DNA of 64,000 nucleotides, from assembly GCF_963921235.1 (NCBI RefSeq), contig NC_086097.1:244406001-244470000 (forward strand), in the 5' to 3' direction. Shown one piece after another: positions 1 through 13,845 of the stretch. The notes beneath the pieces are model-generated. The model saw only the letters and a list, made by a program, of their open reading frames with translations, searched no databases and was not told where the DNA came from. This DNA comes from Mobula hypostoma. Lineage: Eukaryota. Positions within the stretch are counted from its first letter, which is position 1, and every line of letters begins with the position of its first letter. Made by a program: the position numbers and the translations under genes.

Positions 1-304
1 TTCCTTTCAATTTCCAATTAAAACCTTTTCCTTTCACCCCAAACCAATGCCTTCTAATTTACCCTATTTATGTGCAGCTTGGTTTTTATTCACCTCAATA
101 ATACCTCTTGCACTCCAGTGAAAAAGGTCCCAACCCAACCTTTCCCCATAAGTCAGAGAGCACAAAGGAGATTCGCTGGATGTTGCCTGGACTCTAATAA
201 CAGTCAGGGATACTTTACCCTGGAACAACTCAAGTGAAGGGTTGATGATGGCGTTGTATAAAACTATGACAGGCATTGAATAGGCAGATAGTCAATAATC
301 TGCA

Positions 305-530
305 ACGGTATCATAGCAGTTGGCATGAGTCTATTACACCTCAGAGTGTCAGAGTTCAGAGTTCAATTCCCCATCCTCTTTAAGGACTTTGTACCTCCAT
401 CCCGTGAACATGTGGGTTTTCCTCTTGGTGTTCTGGTTTCCTCCAACATTCCAAAGGCGTACCAGTTAGTAGGTTAATTCATCATTGTAAATTGACCTGT
501 GCTAAGTTAGTTAGATAGATAGATAAATAC
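305..530 (+). mobile_element. tRNA-derived V-SINE (HE1-like), decayed
   Basis: B-box-like gttcaattcc and V-core-like gtgggttttcctcttggtgttctggtttcctcc. Confidence 0.6.
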
Positions 531-905
531 TTTATTGATCCCAAATGAAATTACAGTGTCACAGTAGCATTACAAGTGCACATATATACAAATATCAGAA
601 GAGAAGTAAAAAATAAAAAAAAAGTTACCTCAAACAGTCTAACAGGTGGGGGGTGGGGGGGGAGGTCATCACTTCCCCAGCTATAGATTGACTCATTATA
701 AAGTCTAATGGCCGAGGGTAAGAATGACCTCATATAGTGCTCTTTGGACCAGCGCAGTTGTCTTGGTCAGTGTGTCCAGTTTGACTCCCGTAACAGAGCC
801 AGCCTTTCTAATCAGTTCATTGAGCCTGATGGCATCACCCATGCAGATGCCATTGCCCCAGCACACCACCACATAAAAGATTATACTGGCAACAACAGAC
901 AACAT
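510..905 (-). mobile_element. Rex1/Babar LINE 3' fragment
   Basis: Peptides SIIFYVVVCWG...RLNELIRKAGSV and RSFLPSAIRLYN, followed by AATAAA and a (TATC)n tail. Confidence 0.7.
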
Positions 906-1469
906 GTAAGGCTATGGTCAAATAGGTGTGTTGCTGGGCGATGCAGTTTGTTGAGCTGGAAGGCCCTGTTCCACACTGTATCCCTAAACCAATCAGTAAA
1001 TAAAGTGATCCTTTCCCCATGGAAGGGTTATCAAGAAACAAGACACTTTAAGATTAGAGGAAGGAGATTTAAAGGGGATCTGAGGGGAAAGGTGTTTGCT
1101 GACACAGTGTGTGGTTGATACCTGAAACCCGGTGGCAGAGGAGTTGGCGGAAGCCTGCAAGATCACTGTGAGCCACTAAGGCATTGGTCAGACCGCACTG
1201 GAAGCATTGTGGGCAGCGTGGGGCCCCTTATCTAAGAAAGGATGTGCTGGCATAGGAGTGAGTCCACGGGCTGGGGGATTCAAGTCAAGCTGTCGGGCTG
1301 TCGGGCCACAGAAGCCGATTGGTTTCAGAAGAGCTGAGCTGGGTGGAGACTGTGCTACTGCATGCTACTCAGAAGCACCGGAGTTGGTGTCTTCAAGTTG
1401 GCACAAAGGTGGCATGCAGTGACAGCATGAGTGACTATCTTGGATGTTTCCTTTGCGATCGCAAGACCC

Positions 1470-1925
1470 TACTGGACATGACTCCCACCGAGAGATCTGA
1501 CACCTGACCAGGTTCATTTCCCAATACCAGATCAAGTACAGCTTCTCCTCTAGTTGGCTTATCTACATATTGCATCAGGAAACCTTCCTGAACACACCTA
1601 ACAAACTCCACCCCATCTAAACCCCTTGCTCTCAGGAGATGCCAATCAATACTAGGGAAGTTAACATCTCCCATCACAATAACCCTATTATTATTGCACC
1701 TTTCCAGAATGTGCCTCCCTATCTGCTCCTCGATATCCCTGTTACTACTGGAGGGTCCCAGTAGAGTTATTGCCCCTTTCTTGTTTCTGACTTCCACCCA
1801 CACTGACTCAGTAGACCATCCTTCCATGAGTTCCTTCTTTTCTGCAGCCATAACACTAATCCTAATTAACAGTGCCACGCCCACACCTCTCTTGCCTCCC
1901 TCTCTGTTCTTTTTGAAACACCTAA
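1470..1925 (-). mobile_element. CR1 LINE endonuclease fragment
   Basis: APE motifs VIVMGDVNFP and PTRGEAVLDLVL. Confidence 0.8.
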
Positions 1926-3149
1926 AGTCGTACAGACAGTGGCAGGAATTGAACCTGAGTGGCCGGTACTGGAAAGTGTTGTGCTAGCCACTGCACTGCC
2001 ATGTCACCCCAAACATTACATCCTTGCTTTTACATTCTAGGACTCTTGAAATGAATGCTAACATTGCATTTGCCCTCCTAACTACTGACTCAACCCGCAA
2101 GTTAACGTTTAGGATCTGAATTCCCTTTGCACCTCCAGTTTTCGAAGTTCCCTCCCAGTTTAGAAAATACTCTGTGCCTTTATCCCTCTGGTCTTACCGG
2201 TCCTATGTCTTTTTAAGAAACAATTAGATAGACACTTGAATGGACAATGCACAGAGGGAGACACAACGAAAACAAGCAACTTTTGACTGGTGTTGCTGGG
2301 CTCATCCAGAACCAATGGACTATCAAACTTCAAAATAAACTTACTACCAAAGTACATATATGTCACCATATTTATACAACTCTGAGATTCATTTTCTTGC
2401 AGGTATACTCAATAAATTCATCATAGAATAATAACCATAATAGAATCAATGAAAAACCTTACCAACTTGGGCATTCAACCAGTGTACAAAAGATAACAAT
2501 CTGTGCAAATACAAAAATAAAGAATAATAATAATAAATAAATAAGCAATAAATATCGAGAACTTAAGATGAAGAGTCCTTGAATGTGGGTCCACAGGTTG
2601 TGATATAGGGGGTTGTGTCCATGTCAGGGTTTGATATGCATGTCTGCGAGGGAGGGGATTAGGGGTTTTGGGGGTTTGGGGTTTGCGAAATTTTGTTTCT
2701 TTTTCTTTTTGTGCAGGGGGATTGATGTCTTTCTTTCAACTACTTGTATGGTGATGGCTATTTGGAGAAGGCACATCTCAGAGTTGTATTCTGCATACAT
2801 ACTTTGATAATAAAACGAATCCTTGAACCCTTCTGGAACATTTCAATGATGTCAGGACCATGTCTGTGCAAAATGACTATAATCCAAGAAGTTGTATTTA
2901 AACTGGTTTGGGAAATTAACATTTTAATCTGCATTTATAAAATTACATTGGCAACCAGATATTGAAATACAATAGCATGGGATTTTAAATCCCAGACACT
3001 ATGCAAAACAGGAGCACTAATTGAAACTAAGGATTTCTGAATCATTATTTTGATGTACCTAGAAACGCCAAAGTTAATAGAATATCAAAGATTTCAGCAA
3101 TTACATTGAAGAGTTTCCAATGACAATGTTGAGGCCTTTCATTGTTGGG

Positions 3150-3695
3150 GCAGAACATGGATGTTGCGTCTTAATTGTCTACATATCAGTCAATACACAA
3201 GCCAGGGCGATATGAAATAGAGAGCGAGCTGTTGCCTATGCAGAAGGCTCCCCCTCTCCATGCAGCTGATTAATCAAAAGGAACTGTAGAGACCGACAGT
3301 TTGGCATCAATGGTGTTGCAGGAGCTGCTAGTCAGCATTGAACTCAACATAGGACTGCCTTAAGGAGTCCAGCTCTGAATTTTTTTCCTTGAAGTTTAGT
3401 CCCGAAGCCTTCCCCATGAGTGGGTATAGTGCCAAACCAGTGGAGGTTTGAGATCAGAGTTTTCCTTCCAAATGAGATGCCAACCACGGCTGATAAGCTC
3501 CATTTGCCCCTAGTAACCCACGTTTGCCCCTTCTCCTGTCAGTAGAAACAGTTCTGCCAGGTTCAGTAGCTAAGCCACATGTGATGGCCAGGAGCTGGAC
3601 TTGGTTGTCAGACACAAGCCATTGGGAGCATTTAATAGGTAGTGGAAGCTCATCCCCACTATCCACTCCCGGCTATAATGACCTTAAGGAACCAT
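3150..3695 (-). mobile_element. Probable RTE-clade non-autonomous element (5'UTR-derived)
   Basis: The minus-strand sequence (ccaagtccagctcctggcc...ggcttagctactgaacc...ctactgacaggagaaggggcaaa) resembles RTE 5'UTRs from memory. No ORF. Confidence 0.4.
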
Positions 3696-3769
3696 TGACT
3701 ATGACAATTGTTATATTCAGTACATGGTACCTTTGGAAATATGGGTCTAGTTATTGACAGGTATCAACA

Positions 3770-4135
3770 AAATATAAAGAGTACAGAGGAAATTTACAAG
3801 GATGTTGCCAGGAATTGAGTACCTGAATCATAGGGAAAGGTTAGGTCTTTATTCCCTTGAGCATAGGAGAACAAGGACAAGTTTGATAGAGATATACAAA
3901 TGTTGAGGGGTCTAGAGAGGGTAAGTGCAAGCAGGTTTTGTCCACTGAGGTTAGGAGAGACTAGAACTAGAGGTCACGGGTTGAGGGTGAAAGGTGAAAT
4001 GTTTAAGGTGAACTTGAGGGAGAAATTCTTCACTCAGAGGGCGGTGAGAGAGCGCAATCAACTGCAATTGGAAGTGGTGGTTGTGGGTTCAATTTCAACA
4101 TTTAAGAGAAGTTTGGATAGGTACGTGGATGGGAG
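3770..4135 (+). mobile_element. CR1 3' fragment, continued at ~7990-8110 after the Rex1 insertion
   Basis: TRTRGHGLRV...FFTQRAV C-terminal CR1 ORF2 motif. The 3'UTR resumes after the inserted element. Confidence 0.75.
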
Positions 4136-7100
4136 GAGAATCAGAATCAGGTTTATTATCACCGGCATGTGACATGAAATTTGTTAACTTAGCAGCAGCA
4201 GTTCAATGCAATACATAATCTAGCAGAGAAAAAAAATAATAATAAATAAAGTTTTTAAAAAAACAATATATAAATAATGTAGATTGAATAGATTTTTTTA
4301 ATGTACAAGAACAGAAATACTGTATATTAATAAAAAGTGAGGTAGTGTCCAAAGATTCAATGTCCATTTAGGAATCAGATGGCAGAGGGGAAGAAGCTGT
4401 TCCTGAATCACTGAGTGTGTGCCTTCAGGACGCCGCCTTTCTGAGACACCGCTTCCTAAAGATGTTCTGGGTACTTTGTAGGCTAGTACCCAAGATGGAG
4501 CTGACTGGATTTAAAACCCTCTGCAGCTTCTTTCGGTCCTGTGCAGTAGCCCCTCCATACCAGACAGTGATGCAGCCTGTCAGGATGCTCTCCACAGTAC
4601 ATCTATAGAAGTTTCTGAGTGTATTTGTTGACACGCCAAACCTCTTCAAACTCCTAATAAGGTATAGTTGCTGTCTTGCCTTCTTTACAACTACATCGAT
4701 ATGTTGGGACCAGGTTAGATCCTCAGAGATCTTGACACCCAGGAACTTGAAGCTGCTCACTCTCTCCACTTCTGATCCCTCTATGAGGATTGGTATGTGT
4801 TCCTTTGTCTTACCCTTCCTGAAGTCCACAATCAGCTCTTTCGTCTTACTGATGCTGAGTGCCAGGTTGTTGCAGTGGCAACACTCCACTAGTTGGCATA
4901 TCTCACTCCCGTACACCCTCTCATCACCATCTGAGATTCTACCAACAATGGTTGTATCATCAGCAAATTTATAGATGGTATTTGAGCTATGCCTGGCCAC
5001 ACAGCCATGTGCATAGAGAGAGCAGAACAGTGGCCTAAGCACATGCCCCTGAGGTGCGCCAGTGTTGGTAGTCAGCAAGGAGGAGATGTTATCACCAATC
5101 CGCACAGATTGTGGTCTGTTGGTTAGGAAGCTGAGGATCCAATTGCAGAGGGAGGTACAGAGGCCCAGGTTCTGCAACTTCTCAACCAGGATGGTGGGAA
5201 TTATGGTTTTAGATGCTGAGTTATAGTCGATGAACAGCATCCTGACATGGGTGTTTGTGTTGTCCAGGTGGTCGAAAGCCATGTGGAGAGCCATTGAGAT
5301 TGCGTCTGCCAATGACATACTGTGGCGATAGGAAAATTGCAATGGGACCAGATCCTTGCTGAGGCAGGAGTTCAGTCTAATCATGACCAACCTCTCAAAG
5401 CATTTCATCACTGTAGATGTGAGTGCTACCGGGTGATAGTCTTTAAGGCAGCCCACATTATTCTTCTTAGGCACTGGAATAATTCTTGCCTTTTTGAAGC
5501 AAGTGGGAACTTCTGCCCGTAGCAGTGAGAGTTTGAAAATGTCCTTGAATACTCCGGCTAGTTGGTTGGCACAGGTTTTCAGAGCCTTACCAGGTACTCC
5601 ATCGGGACCTTCCGCTTTGAGAGGGTTCACTCTCTTTAAAGACAGCCTAACATCGGCCTCTGAGACAGAGATCACAGGGTCATCAGGTGCAGCAGGGATC
5701 TTCACAGCTGTAGTTGTGTTCTCCCTTTCAAAGTGTGCATAGAAGGTATTGAGTTCATCTGGTAGTGAAGCATCGCTGCCACGATGATAGGAGGCGGATT
5801 TAAACTGGCGTTACACAGCGACTCCTTTGTTTGCATCTTCAGAAACAGCTCTATTTCCATCTTTAATATCTTTGTTTTCCCCTTTCAGGGTTCTTTTGCC
5901 TGACCTGGAGTTACAGGCTGACTTCGGTTCTTTGTGGGAACGGGACCCGTTCTCGGGGGTTTCAGGACCGGCCATCGCCAGGGGGTCAGCCTGAGAGGCG
6001 ACCTAGTGTTTGGAAGCCTAAGATATCACGACTCTGGAGACGGACGGATCGAGGGTAGGTGTCATGGCAGGAGATTCATGTGTCATCGGGGAGGCCGGAA
6101 TATCTTTTGCTGTGGGCCCAAAGACCTGAGATCTTTGTGATCTTCGGGCACAGAGCTCGTAAAAAAGCGACAAAACAGATTTTTAAACATCGTAAACCAG
6201 CGGGTTGTTGTTATGTCTCCCGCTCACTGTGAAAATGGGGGACACCTCCCTCTCCCTTATTAGAGAGAGAGAGAGAGAACATGTGGGTTGCCAAATGCCG
6301 GATGAAATGCGATAGTCTTTGGGGTAACTGCAAGGTCTGTGTCTTTGCTATCACTTAGCTCACGCTTGTGCCCGGTAGCAGGTATACTCTTTGTCTTGCC
6401 AGTGGGGGGAGGAGGGGAGGGGGGGAGAGGAGATTGTTGCTTGCTGCCGCTTACACGCGGGAGGGGAAAGCTTGGGGGGGGAGCTTTGGGGTTCTCACGT
6501 TTAACTGTTGTTTATTCTTTGGGGCAGTTCTCTGTTTTCGTGGATGTTTGTGAAGAAAAAGCATTTCAGGATGTATATTGTATGCATTTCTCTGACATTA
6601 AATTGAAACTTTGAACCTTCATGCTATTGGGTTTTGCTTCGTAGGAAGTAATGTCTTGCAGACCCTGCCAGAGTTGCCGTACATCCGATGTCGCCTACAA
6701 CCTCATTTGAAATTGTCTCTTCGCCCTTGAAATAGACTTCTGTAAATCATACCTGGTTTTCTGGTACAGGCCTGGGTCGCCAGACTTGAATGCCACAGAT
6801 CTAACCTTCAGCAGACAACGGACCTCCTGGTTCATCCACGGCTTTTGGTTTGGGAATGTACAGTAAGCCTTTGTTGGCACACACTCATCTACTCAGGTTT
6901 TAATGAAATCAGTAACAACTGCAGCATACTCATCCAGGTTCAAAGATGAATCGCTGAATACAGTCCAGTCCACCGATTCAAAACAGTCCTGTAGGCTCTC
7001 TTGTGCTTCCCTTGTCCAAACCTTCTTGGTCCTCACTGCTGGTGCTGCAGTCTTCAGTCTCTGCCGATACTCAGGGAGTAGAAGTACAGCCAGGTGATCA

Positions 7101-7990
7101 GACTTCCCGAAGTGAGGGGGTGGAATAGCACGGTGGGCATTCTTGATGGTGGTGTAACAATGGTCCAGTGTGTTGTTTCCTCTGGTATTGCAAGTGATCT
7201 GTTGATGGTAGTTGCTTAGTAATTTTTTCAGACTGGCCTGGTTAAAATCTCCCAAAACAATGGTGGAGGGGTTAGGGTGCACTGTTTCGTGCATGTTGAT
7301 CCCATTACCTAGATCATCTAAAGTCTGCTTGACATTGGCCTGAGATGGAATGTAAACTGCTACCAAAATGACCCCAGAAAATTCCCATGGTAGGTGCAAA
7401 GGACGACACTTTACTGCTAGATATTCCAGGTCTGGTGAGCAGAATTGGGACAGCACCGATATATTCATGCACCAAGAAGAGTTGATCATGAGGCATACTC
7501 CTCCACCTCTGCTTTTGAGAGACCCTATAGATCTATCCTGACGGTGTTTAGTAAACCCATCGATCTGAATCACTGCATCCGGTACAGAAGGGGTTAACCA
7601 GGATTCCATGAAGCAAAGGACCCATGCGGTCCTAATGTCCCTCTGATTCAGCACCCTAGCTCTGAGATCATCGGTTTTATTCACCAGAGACTGCACATTC
7701 GCCAGCAAGATAGTCAGTATAGGGAGTTTACACCCCGTTTCCTTAAGCACACTTGTAACCCCGATCTATACTCGCACTTCCTCAGAGGTGTCCTCCGTGG
7801 GCACTTCCGACCACAATCGGTGTTGTTTCCGTCAGTCTGAAGCAGCGATAGTTTGTCTAAACGCATTAAGACTTTTTTTTTTGACTGTACTGACCTTGGA
7901 AGCAGTTGTACTTTTTAGCTGTATCAGGCTGAAACGGGAATATTTAATCGTACCCATTGAGAGTACTGCCGCTACTCGAGTTGAAACTAG
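4136..7990 (-). mobile_element. Near-full-length Rex1/Babar LINE (APE ORF 6893-7750, RT ORF 4425-5705), interrupted at 5780-6615
   Basis: APE motifs LANVQSL, GDFNQ, TLDHCY, SDH. RT motifs GPDG, PVALTS, GAPQG, KFADDT. 3' end AATAAA plus (ATTCTG)n tail. Confidence 0.9.
5780..6615 (+). mobile_element. Non-autonomous retroposon inserted into Rex1 ORF2
   Basis: Splits contiguous Rex1 sequence (gcatcgctgcca / ttcatgctattggg). CpG-rich 5' part and an attaaa...actttgaa tail like other Rex-type 3' ends in the window. Confidence 0.55.
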
Positions 7991-10555
7991 GCGGACTGTG
8001 GCGGGCTGTGGCCCAGATGCAGGTCGATGAGACTAGGCAGAGTAATAGTTTGGCATGGACTAGATGGGCCCAATGGCCTCGTCCAGCACTGTAGTGTTCT
8101 ATGACTCTACGTAGACTGGGCAATGTCTTATAAAGTCTCAGCTTCATTGGCTAAAGATACAGATCTACCACTTCATGGCCCCTTTCTCCACTCCCAAATA
8201 TTTCCCCTCACTTAAACCATAAGATATAGGAGCGGAATTGGGCCATTCGGCCCATCGAGTCTGCTCCACCATTTCATCATGGCTGATCCAACTTTCCTCT
8301 CAGCCCCAATCTCCTGCCTTCTCCCCGTATACCTTCATGCCCCGACCAATCAAGAATCTATCAACCTCTGCCTTAAATGTACATAAAGACGGCCTCAACA
8401 GCCACCTGTAGCAAAGAATTCCACAGATTCACCACTCTCTGGCTAAAGAAATTCCCCCTCACCTCCATTTTAAAAGGATGCCCCTTTATTCTGAGTCAGC
8501 GTCCTCTGGTCTTCGACTCTCCCACCATAGGAAACAATCCCCTCCACATCCACTCTATCAAGGCCTCTCACCATTTGATAGATTTCAATTAGGTTATCCC
8601 TCATTCTTCAAAATTCTAGTGAATACAGGCCCAGAGCCATCAAACACTCTTCATATGACAAGCCGTCCAATCCTGGAATCATTTTCATGAATCTCCTTTG
8701 AATACTATCCAGTCTTAGCACATCCTTTCTAAGATTAGGGGCCTAAACCTGCTCACAATACTGTACTCCAAGTGAGGCCTCACCAGTGTTTTATAAAGTC
8801 TCAACATTACATCCTTGCTTTTATATTTTCATCCTCTTGAAAGGAATGTTACCATCGTAATTGTTTCCTCACCACAAAGTCAACCTGCAAATTAACCTTT
8901 AGGAATCCTGCACAAGGGCTCCCAAGTCCCTTTGCGCTTCATACTTTAGTACTTCCTCGCCATTTAGAAAATAGTCTACCCTTTCATTTCTTCTACCATA
9001 GTGACTGACCATACACTTCCCATCTGCCATTTCTTTGCCCATTCTCCTAATCTGTGTAGGTCCTTCTGTAGCCTCTCTACTTCCTCAAAACTACCTGCCC
9101 TTCCACCTATCTTTGTATCATCTGCAAACTTTGCAATAAGGCCATCAATTCCATCATCCAAATCATTAACATATAGCGCAAAAAGAATCAATCCAAACGC
9201 AGACCCCTGTGGAACACCAGTAGTCATGGGCAACCAACCAGAAAAGGCTCCCTTCATTCCCACTCTTTGCCTTCTGCCAATCAGCCACTGCTTTATCCAT
9301 GCTAGAATCATCGCTGTAATACCATGGGATTACATGGTAAAGCAGCCTCATGTGTGGCACCTTGTCAAAGGCCTTCTGAAAACTGAAATACACAACACCA
9401 ACCGATTGTCTATTCTGCTTGTTATTTCTTCACTGAATTCCAACACATACGTCAGTCAAGATTTTCCTTTGAGGAAACCATGCTGACTATGGCCTACTTT
9501 ATTATGTGTCTCCAAGTACCTCCACATCTTCCCAACCACTGAGATCAGACTAACCGGTTGATCATTTCCTTTCTTCTGTCTCTCTCACTTCTTGAAGAGT
9601 GGAGTGACATTTGCAACTTTCCAGTCTTCTGGAACCATTCCAGAGTCTAGTGATTCTTGAAAGATCATTACTAATGCATCCACAATCTCTTCAGCCACCT
9701 CTTTCAGAACTCTGGGGTGCACGCCATCTGGTCCAGGTGACTTATCAACCTTCAGACTTCATATTATTGTCTAGCTTACTTTTGTATTTTATCTTTACCT
9801 TCGAAGTGACTTTTTTAGTTGTCTTCTGTTGGTATTCGAAAGCTTCCTAATGCTCTAACCTCACTAATTTTTGCTCTATTATATGCCCTCTCTTTTTATG
9901 TTGGCTTTGACTTTTATTGTTAGTCACAGTTGTATCATCTTGCCTTTAGAATACTTCTTCCTCTTTGAGATGTATGTATTTTGTGCTTTCCAATTGCTTC
10001 CAGTAATTCCAGCCATTGCTGCTCTGCCATCATCCTTGCCAGTATCCTTTTTCAATCAATTCTGGTCAACTCCTCTCTCATGCCTCTGTTTATCCCTTTA
10101 CTCCACTGTAATACTGATACATCTGACTTTATCTTCTCCTCAAAATTCAGAGTGAATTTTATCATATTATGAGCACTTGCCCTTAATGGTTCTTTTACCT
10201 TGAGCTCTCTAATCAGTTCCAGATCTTTGTACAAAACCCAATCTAGAATAGCCGATCCCCGAGTAGGTTCAACCACGAGCTGCTCTAAAAAGACATCTCG
10301 TAGGCATTCTAGGAATTTCCCTCTTCGAATCCAGCACCAACCTGATTTTTCCAATCTACCTGCATGTTGAAAACCCCCATGAATATTACAACACTGCCTT
10401 TTTGGCATGCATTTTCTGTCTCCCCTTGTAATTTGTAGACTACATCCTTACAAATGTTTGGGGATCTGCATGTAACTCCCATCAGGGTCTTTTTACCCTT
10501 GCAGTTCCTCAGCTCCATCCACAATGATTCAAAACCTTCCAACCTCATGTCACCT

Positions 10556-10995
10556 CTTTTTTCTGTAATTTATTTTTTATTGAAGTCCATCATCAAACAA
10601 AACTTTCCATAAGATGTATTTCAGATACTGTACATATATATCATATAGCCATGTTTGTCACAAATCTCCACATAATACTTATCTGAGGTATACACTTATA
10701 GAAAGGAGAGGGAAGAAAGAACAATCAAAAGAAGAAAACTATGTACAAAGTAGGGAGTGATCTTTTTCTTAAACAACATATTCATTGACTTGTGAGAATA
10801 AAATCAGGCCTGTGAGGTGTTATGTAGTTAAACCATTTTTCCCACTATGAATCAAATTGTTCCAACTTATGATGCTGTTATCGTCTCCATTTTGTAAATG
10901 TCCATTGTAATTTCCATCCATACATTTAAAGTTGGGCTCTCCTGTGATAACCCTTTCCTGGTAAGGGTCGTTTTACCAGCCACCAGCAGTATATT
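10556..10995 (-). mobile_element. L1-like LINE 3' end inserted in CR1
   Basis: A-rich tail on the minus strand, a decayed ORF2-end-like peptide (SQESPTLNVWMEITMDIYKME...WEKWFNY), and flanking duplication atgtcacct (10547-10555 / 10996-11004). Confidence 0.6.
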
Positions 10996-11034
10996 ATGTC
11001 ACCTTTTTCTTTCTAATGGTTTGATTTCATTTTT

Positions 11035-11237
11035 TAGTCATAATCATACTTTATTGATCCCGGGGGAAATTGGTTTTCATTACAGTTGCACCATAAATAA
11101 TTAAATAGTAACAAAACCATAAATAATTAAATAGTAATATGTAAATTATGCCAGGAAGTACGTCCAGGACCAGCCCATTGGCTCAGGGTGTCTGACCCTC
11201 CAAGGGAGGAGTTGTAAAGTTTGATGGCTACAGGTAG
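11035..11237 (-). mobile_element. Rex1-type 3' tail, near-identical to 26820-27030
   Basis: Shared catactttattgatcccgggggaaattgg...ctccaagggaggagttgtaaagtttgatggc. Confidence 0.75.
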
Positions 11238-11454
11238 GACAACAGAACAACGCTGCTCCCTCTGCCTTACTGTCTATCCTTTTGATACAATATGTATCCT
11301 TGGACCTTGAACTCCCAGCTATAATTTTCTTTCAGCCATGATTCGGTGATGCCTACAACATCATACCTGCCAATCTGTAACTGTGCTCCAAGTTCATCTA
11401 TTATTCCATATACTGCACGCATTCAAATATAAAACCTTCAACCCTGTATTCACC

Positions 11455-12050
11455 TGGAAAGCTCTGGTACAGGTTTCACGGCTAACGTTGTAGAATATTT
11501 CATGTAATGGTCTTTAGAAGCAGTGTTTGGGTTATGGTTAGAGGTAACAGGCGCTTCGGAATGTGAGCCAACCAATCAGGTGAGCAGGGCTTTTTTGGGT
11601 GCCTTGTGCTCACTGGTGTGAGCTTTTGGCTTTGTTCGGCAGGAGACAAAGAACAAAGATGCTGGAGAAAGCCTGTCGTAGGATTTGAGCCGGTGGGGAC
11701 CACGATTCAGGTGCCGAGGTCAACTGAGGATTGGTGAATACGACTTTTGGAAGAGTTGAGCTCCAACCTGTGCACGTGTGACTGTTTAATTATAATGGGC
11801 CCTTTTTGTTTTTTACCTTTCTTTTCTTTACTAACCATTTAGTTAAGGTACTATTCATAAATATACTTCATTTACCCTTCATCTGTTATTTCCCCAGCAA
11901 TGAGTTGTAACAGGGCAGCAAATCACACAGCATTGACACAAACCAGCGTCTTCTCTCTTCGTTCCCTGCCAGACAAAGCCAATCTCATGGCTTTGGTGGG
12001 ATCGGGGTATGTATTCCCTAGACTTACGCAGGCCAAGAACCATGGGTCTT
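11455..12050 (+). mobile_element. Older solo LTR related to 57928-58559
   Basis: Shares ccaacctgtg...gactgtttaatta.aatgggccctttt and cc.agactta.gcag blocks with the 58 kb LTR. Termini decayed, boundaries approximate. Confidence 0.55.
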
Positions 12051-13609
12051 TTGGCGCAGAGTCAGAAGGCTACCAGTGAGGGCTAACTCCCAGAGAAGGC
12101 CTACTACTACAGGCCTACTACCTTGTCTTCAGCACTATCACACTGGTGCCCATCTTCCTGCCAAATTAATTTAAACCCACCCGAACAACCCTAGCCAACC
12201 GGCCCGCAGGGATATTGGACCCTCTCGTGTTCAGGTGTGACCCATCCCTTTTGTACAGGTCATACTTCCCGCAGAAGAGATCCCAATGATCCATAAATCT
12301 GAACCCCTGCCCCCTGCACCAGCCACACATTCACCTGCCAAATCATCCTACTCTTACCCTCACTGGCACGTGGCACAGGCATAAATCCAGAGATTACTGT
12401 ACTACCCTGGAGGTCCGGTTTTTCAACTTTCTACCAAGCTCCTTAAATCTCTCTTCAGGACTTCCTCACCTTGCCTACCTCTGTCATTGGTGCCAATATG
12501 CACCAAGACTTCTGGCTGCTCACCCTCACCCTTGAGAATGCCATGGATTGAGACATCCCTGTTCTGGCACCAAGGAGGCAACATACCATCTGGGAGTTCC
12601 TATCAAAGACCATGGAACCTCACCTCTGTTCCTCTGAATAAGGAATTCCCTATCAACACTGCAGTCTTCTTCACCTCTCTGCTCTTCTGAGCCACAGCAC
12701 CAGACTCAGTCCAGAGACCCAGTCACTGAGGCTTTCCCCAGTAGGTCATCCCCCTCAGTAGTAGTGTTGTATAATTATTATTGAAAGGAACGGCCACAGG
12801 TGTACTCTGCACTGGCTGTGCATTTCCCCTCCTTCTCCTGACAGTCACCCAGTTACCCGTCTCCTGCAACCTAGGGGTGACTACCTCCCTGTAGCTCCTG
12901 TCTATCACCTCCGAATTCTCCTGTACCAGTCGATGGTCATCAAGCTAAAGCTCCAGTCCCTTAATGCCTTCTCTCAGGAGTTGCAGCTCGGTGCACCTGG
13001 TGCAGATGTGTTTATCTGGGAGACTGCAGGTCTCCCAGACTTCCCACATTCCAACACAGTACACAGCACTGCCCCTGGAGCCATTCTCACTAAACTACTA
13101 TGCCCTAACAGATGAGGAATAAACAGGTAAGAACAAAAAGAGAGAAACATCAATTACTTTACCTCGCCTAAGCCTGATGAGTCAAAGCCACTATAAAACA
13201 CTGGCAAACTCACAAGAATAGCTGCTCCAAAAATCGCCACTCCATTGACACAAGTTATTTTTACTGGCCCTTTCTAATGAATCCCTCTTGTTGATTGATC
13301 ACTCCTCACCACAGAGAAACTGCCACGAAACTCTGCTTTTAAAATCTTGATCACCGTCCTGATTAAAAGGTAGCTCTTTCCACGCACTCCTGACTTTGAT
13401 TATCCAACTCAGAGAAAACTAGCTGGAAGCTCTGCTTTTTAAATCTTGAGCATGGACATGAGAAAGGTAGCTCTCTTTACGCTATGCCTCCTACTGATTG
13501 ATCGCTCCTCAGCTCTCAGAAACTGTCACGAAACTCTGCTTTCAAAATCCCAATGCCGCCCTGATTAAAAGGTAAATGCTCTTTACACACCACTGACGTT
13601 GATTGCCCA

Positions 13610-13845
13610 ATGCTTGGCTTCACTTACCAGCTGGTAGCTTGTACTCCTGTCCTTCCCCTTGCTTTCTTGTTCTAGTTTCTTCCCCCAGCCCCCCACTCAC
13701 TCCTTTCCAGTCCTGATGAAGGTTTTAAGTCCGAAACATCAACTGTTTATTCCCCTCCTTAGATGCTGCCTGACCTGCTGAGTTCCTCCAGTATTTTGTG
13801 TATGTTAGTCTCGATTTCCAGCACCCTGCAGCATCTCTCGTGTTT
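13610..13845 (+). mobile_element. Penelope-like 3' repeat with degenerate hammerhead motif
   Basis: cagtc-ctgatga-...-gaaacatc-aactg followed by the common tail gatgctgcctgacctgctgagttcctccag. Confidence 0.7.

Larger units (their letters stand above)
8215..13600 (-). mobile_element. Near-full-length decayed CR1 LINE (5'UTR, ORF1, APE, RT, 3'UTR) with nested insertions
   Basis: RT GVPQGS/KFADDTK (8976-9311), APE PTRGSAILD (10052-10408), ORF1 segment 12723-12908 homologous to ORF1 of the 27.4 kb copy, CR1 3' tail at 8215. Multiple frameshifts. Confidence 0.85.

Noticed and set aside
4425..5705. 426-aa ORF as a host gene or novel RT system
   Set aside because: It is ordinary Rex1/Babar LINE reverse transcriptase, separated from its endonuclease by an insertion and stops.
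13170..13195. ctgatgag as a hammerhead core in the CR1 5'UTR
   Set aside because: No stem II followed by GAAA and no stem I partner.
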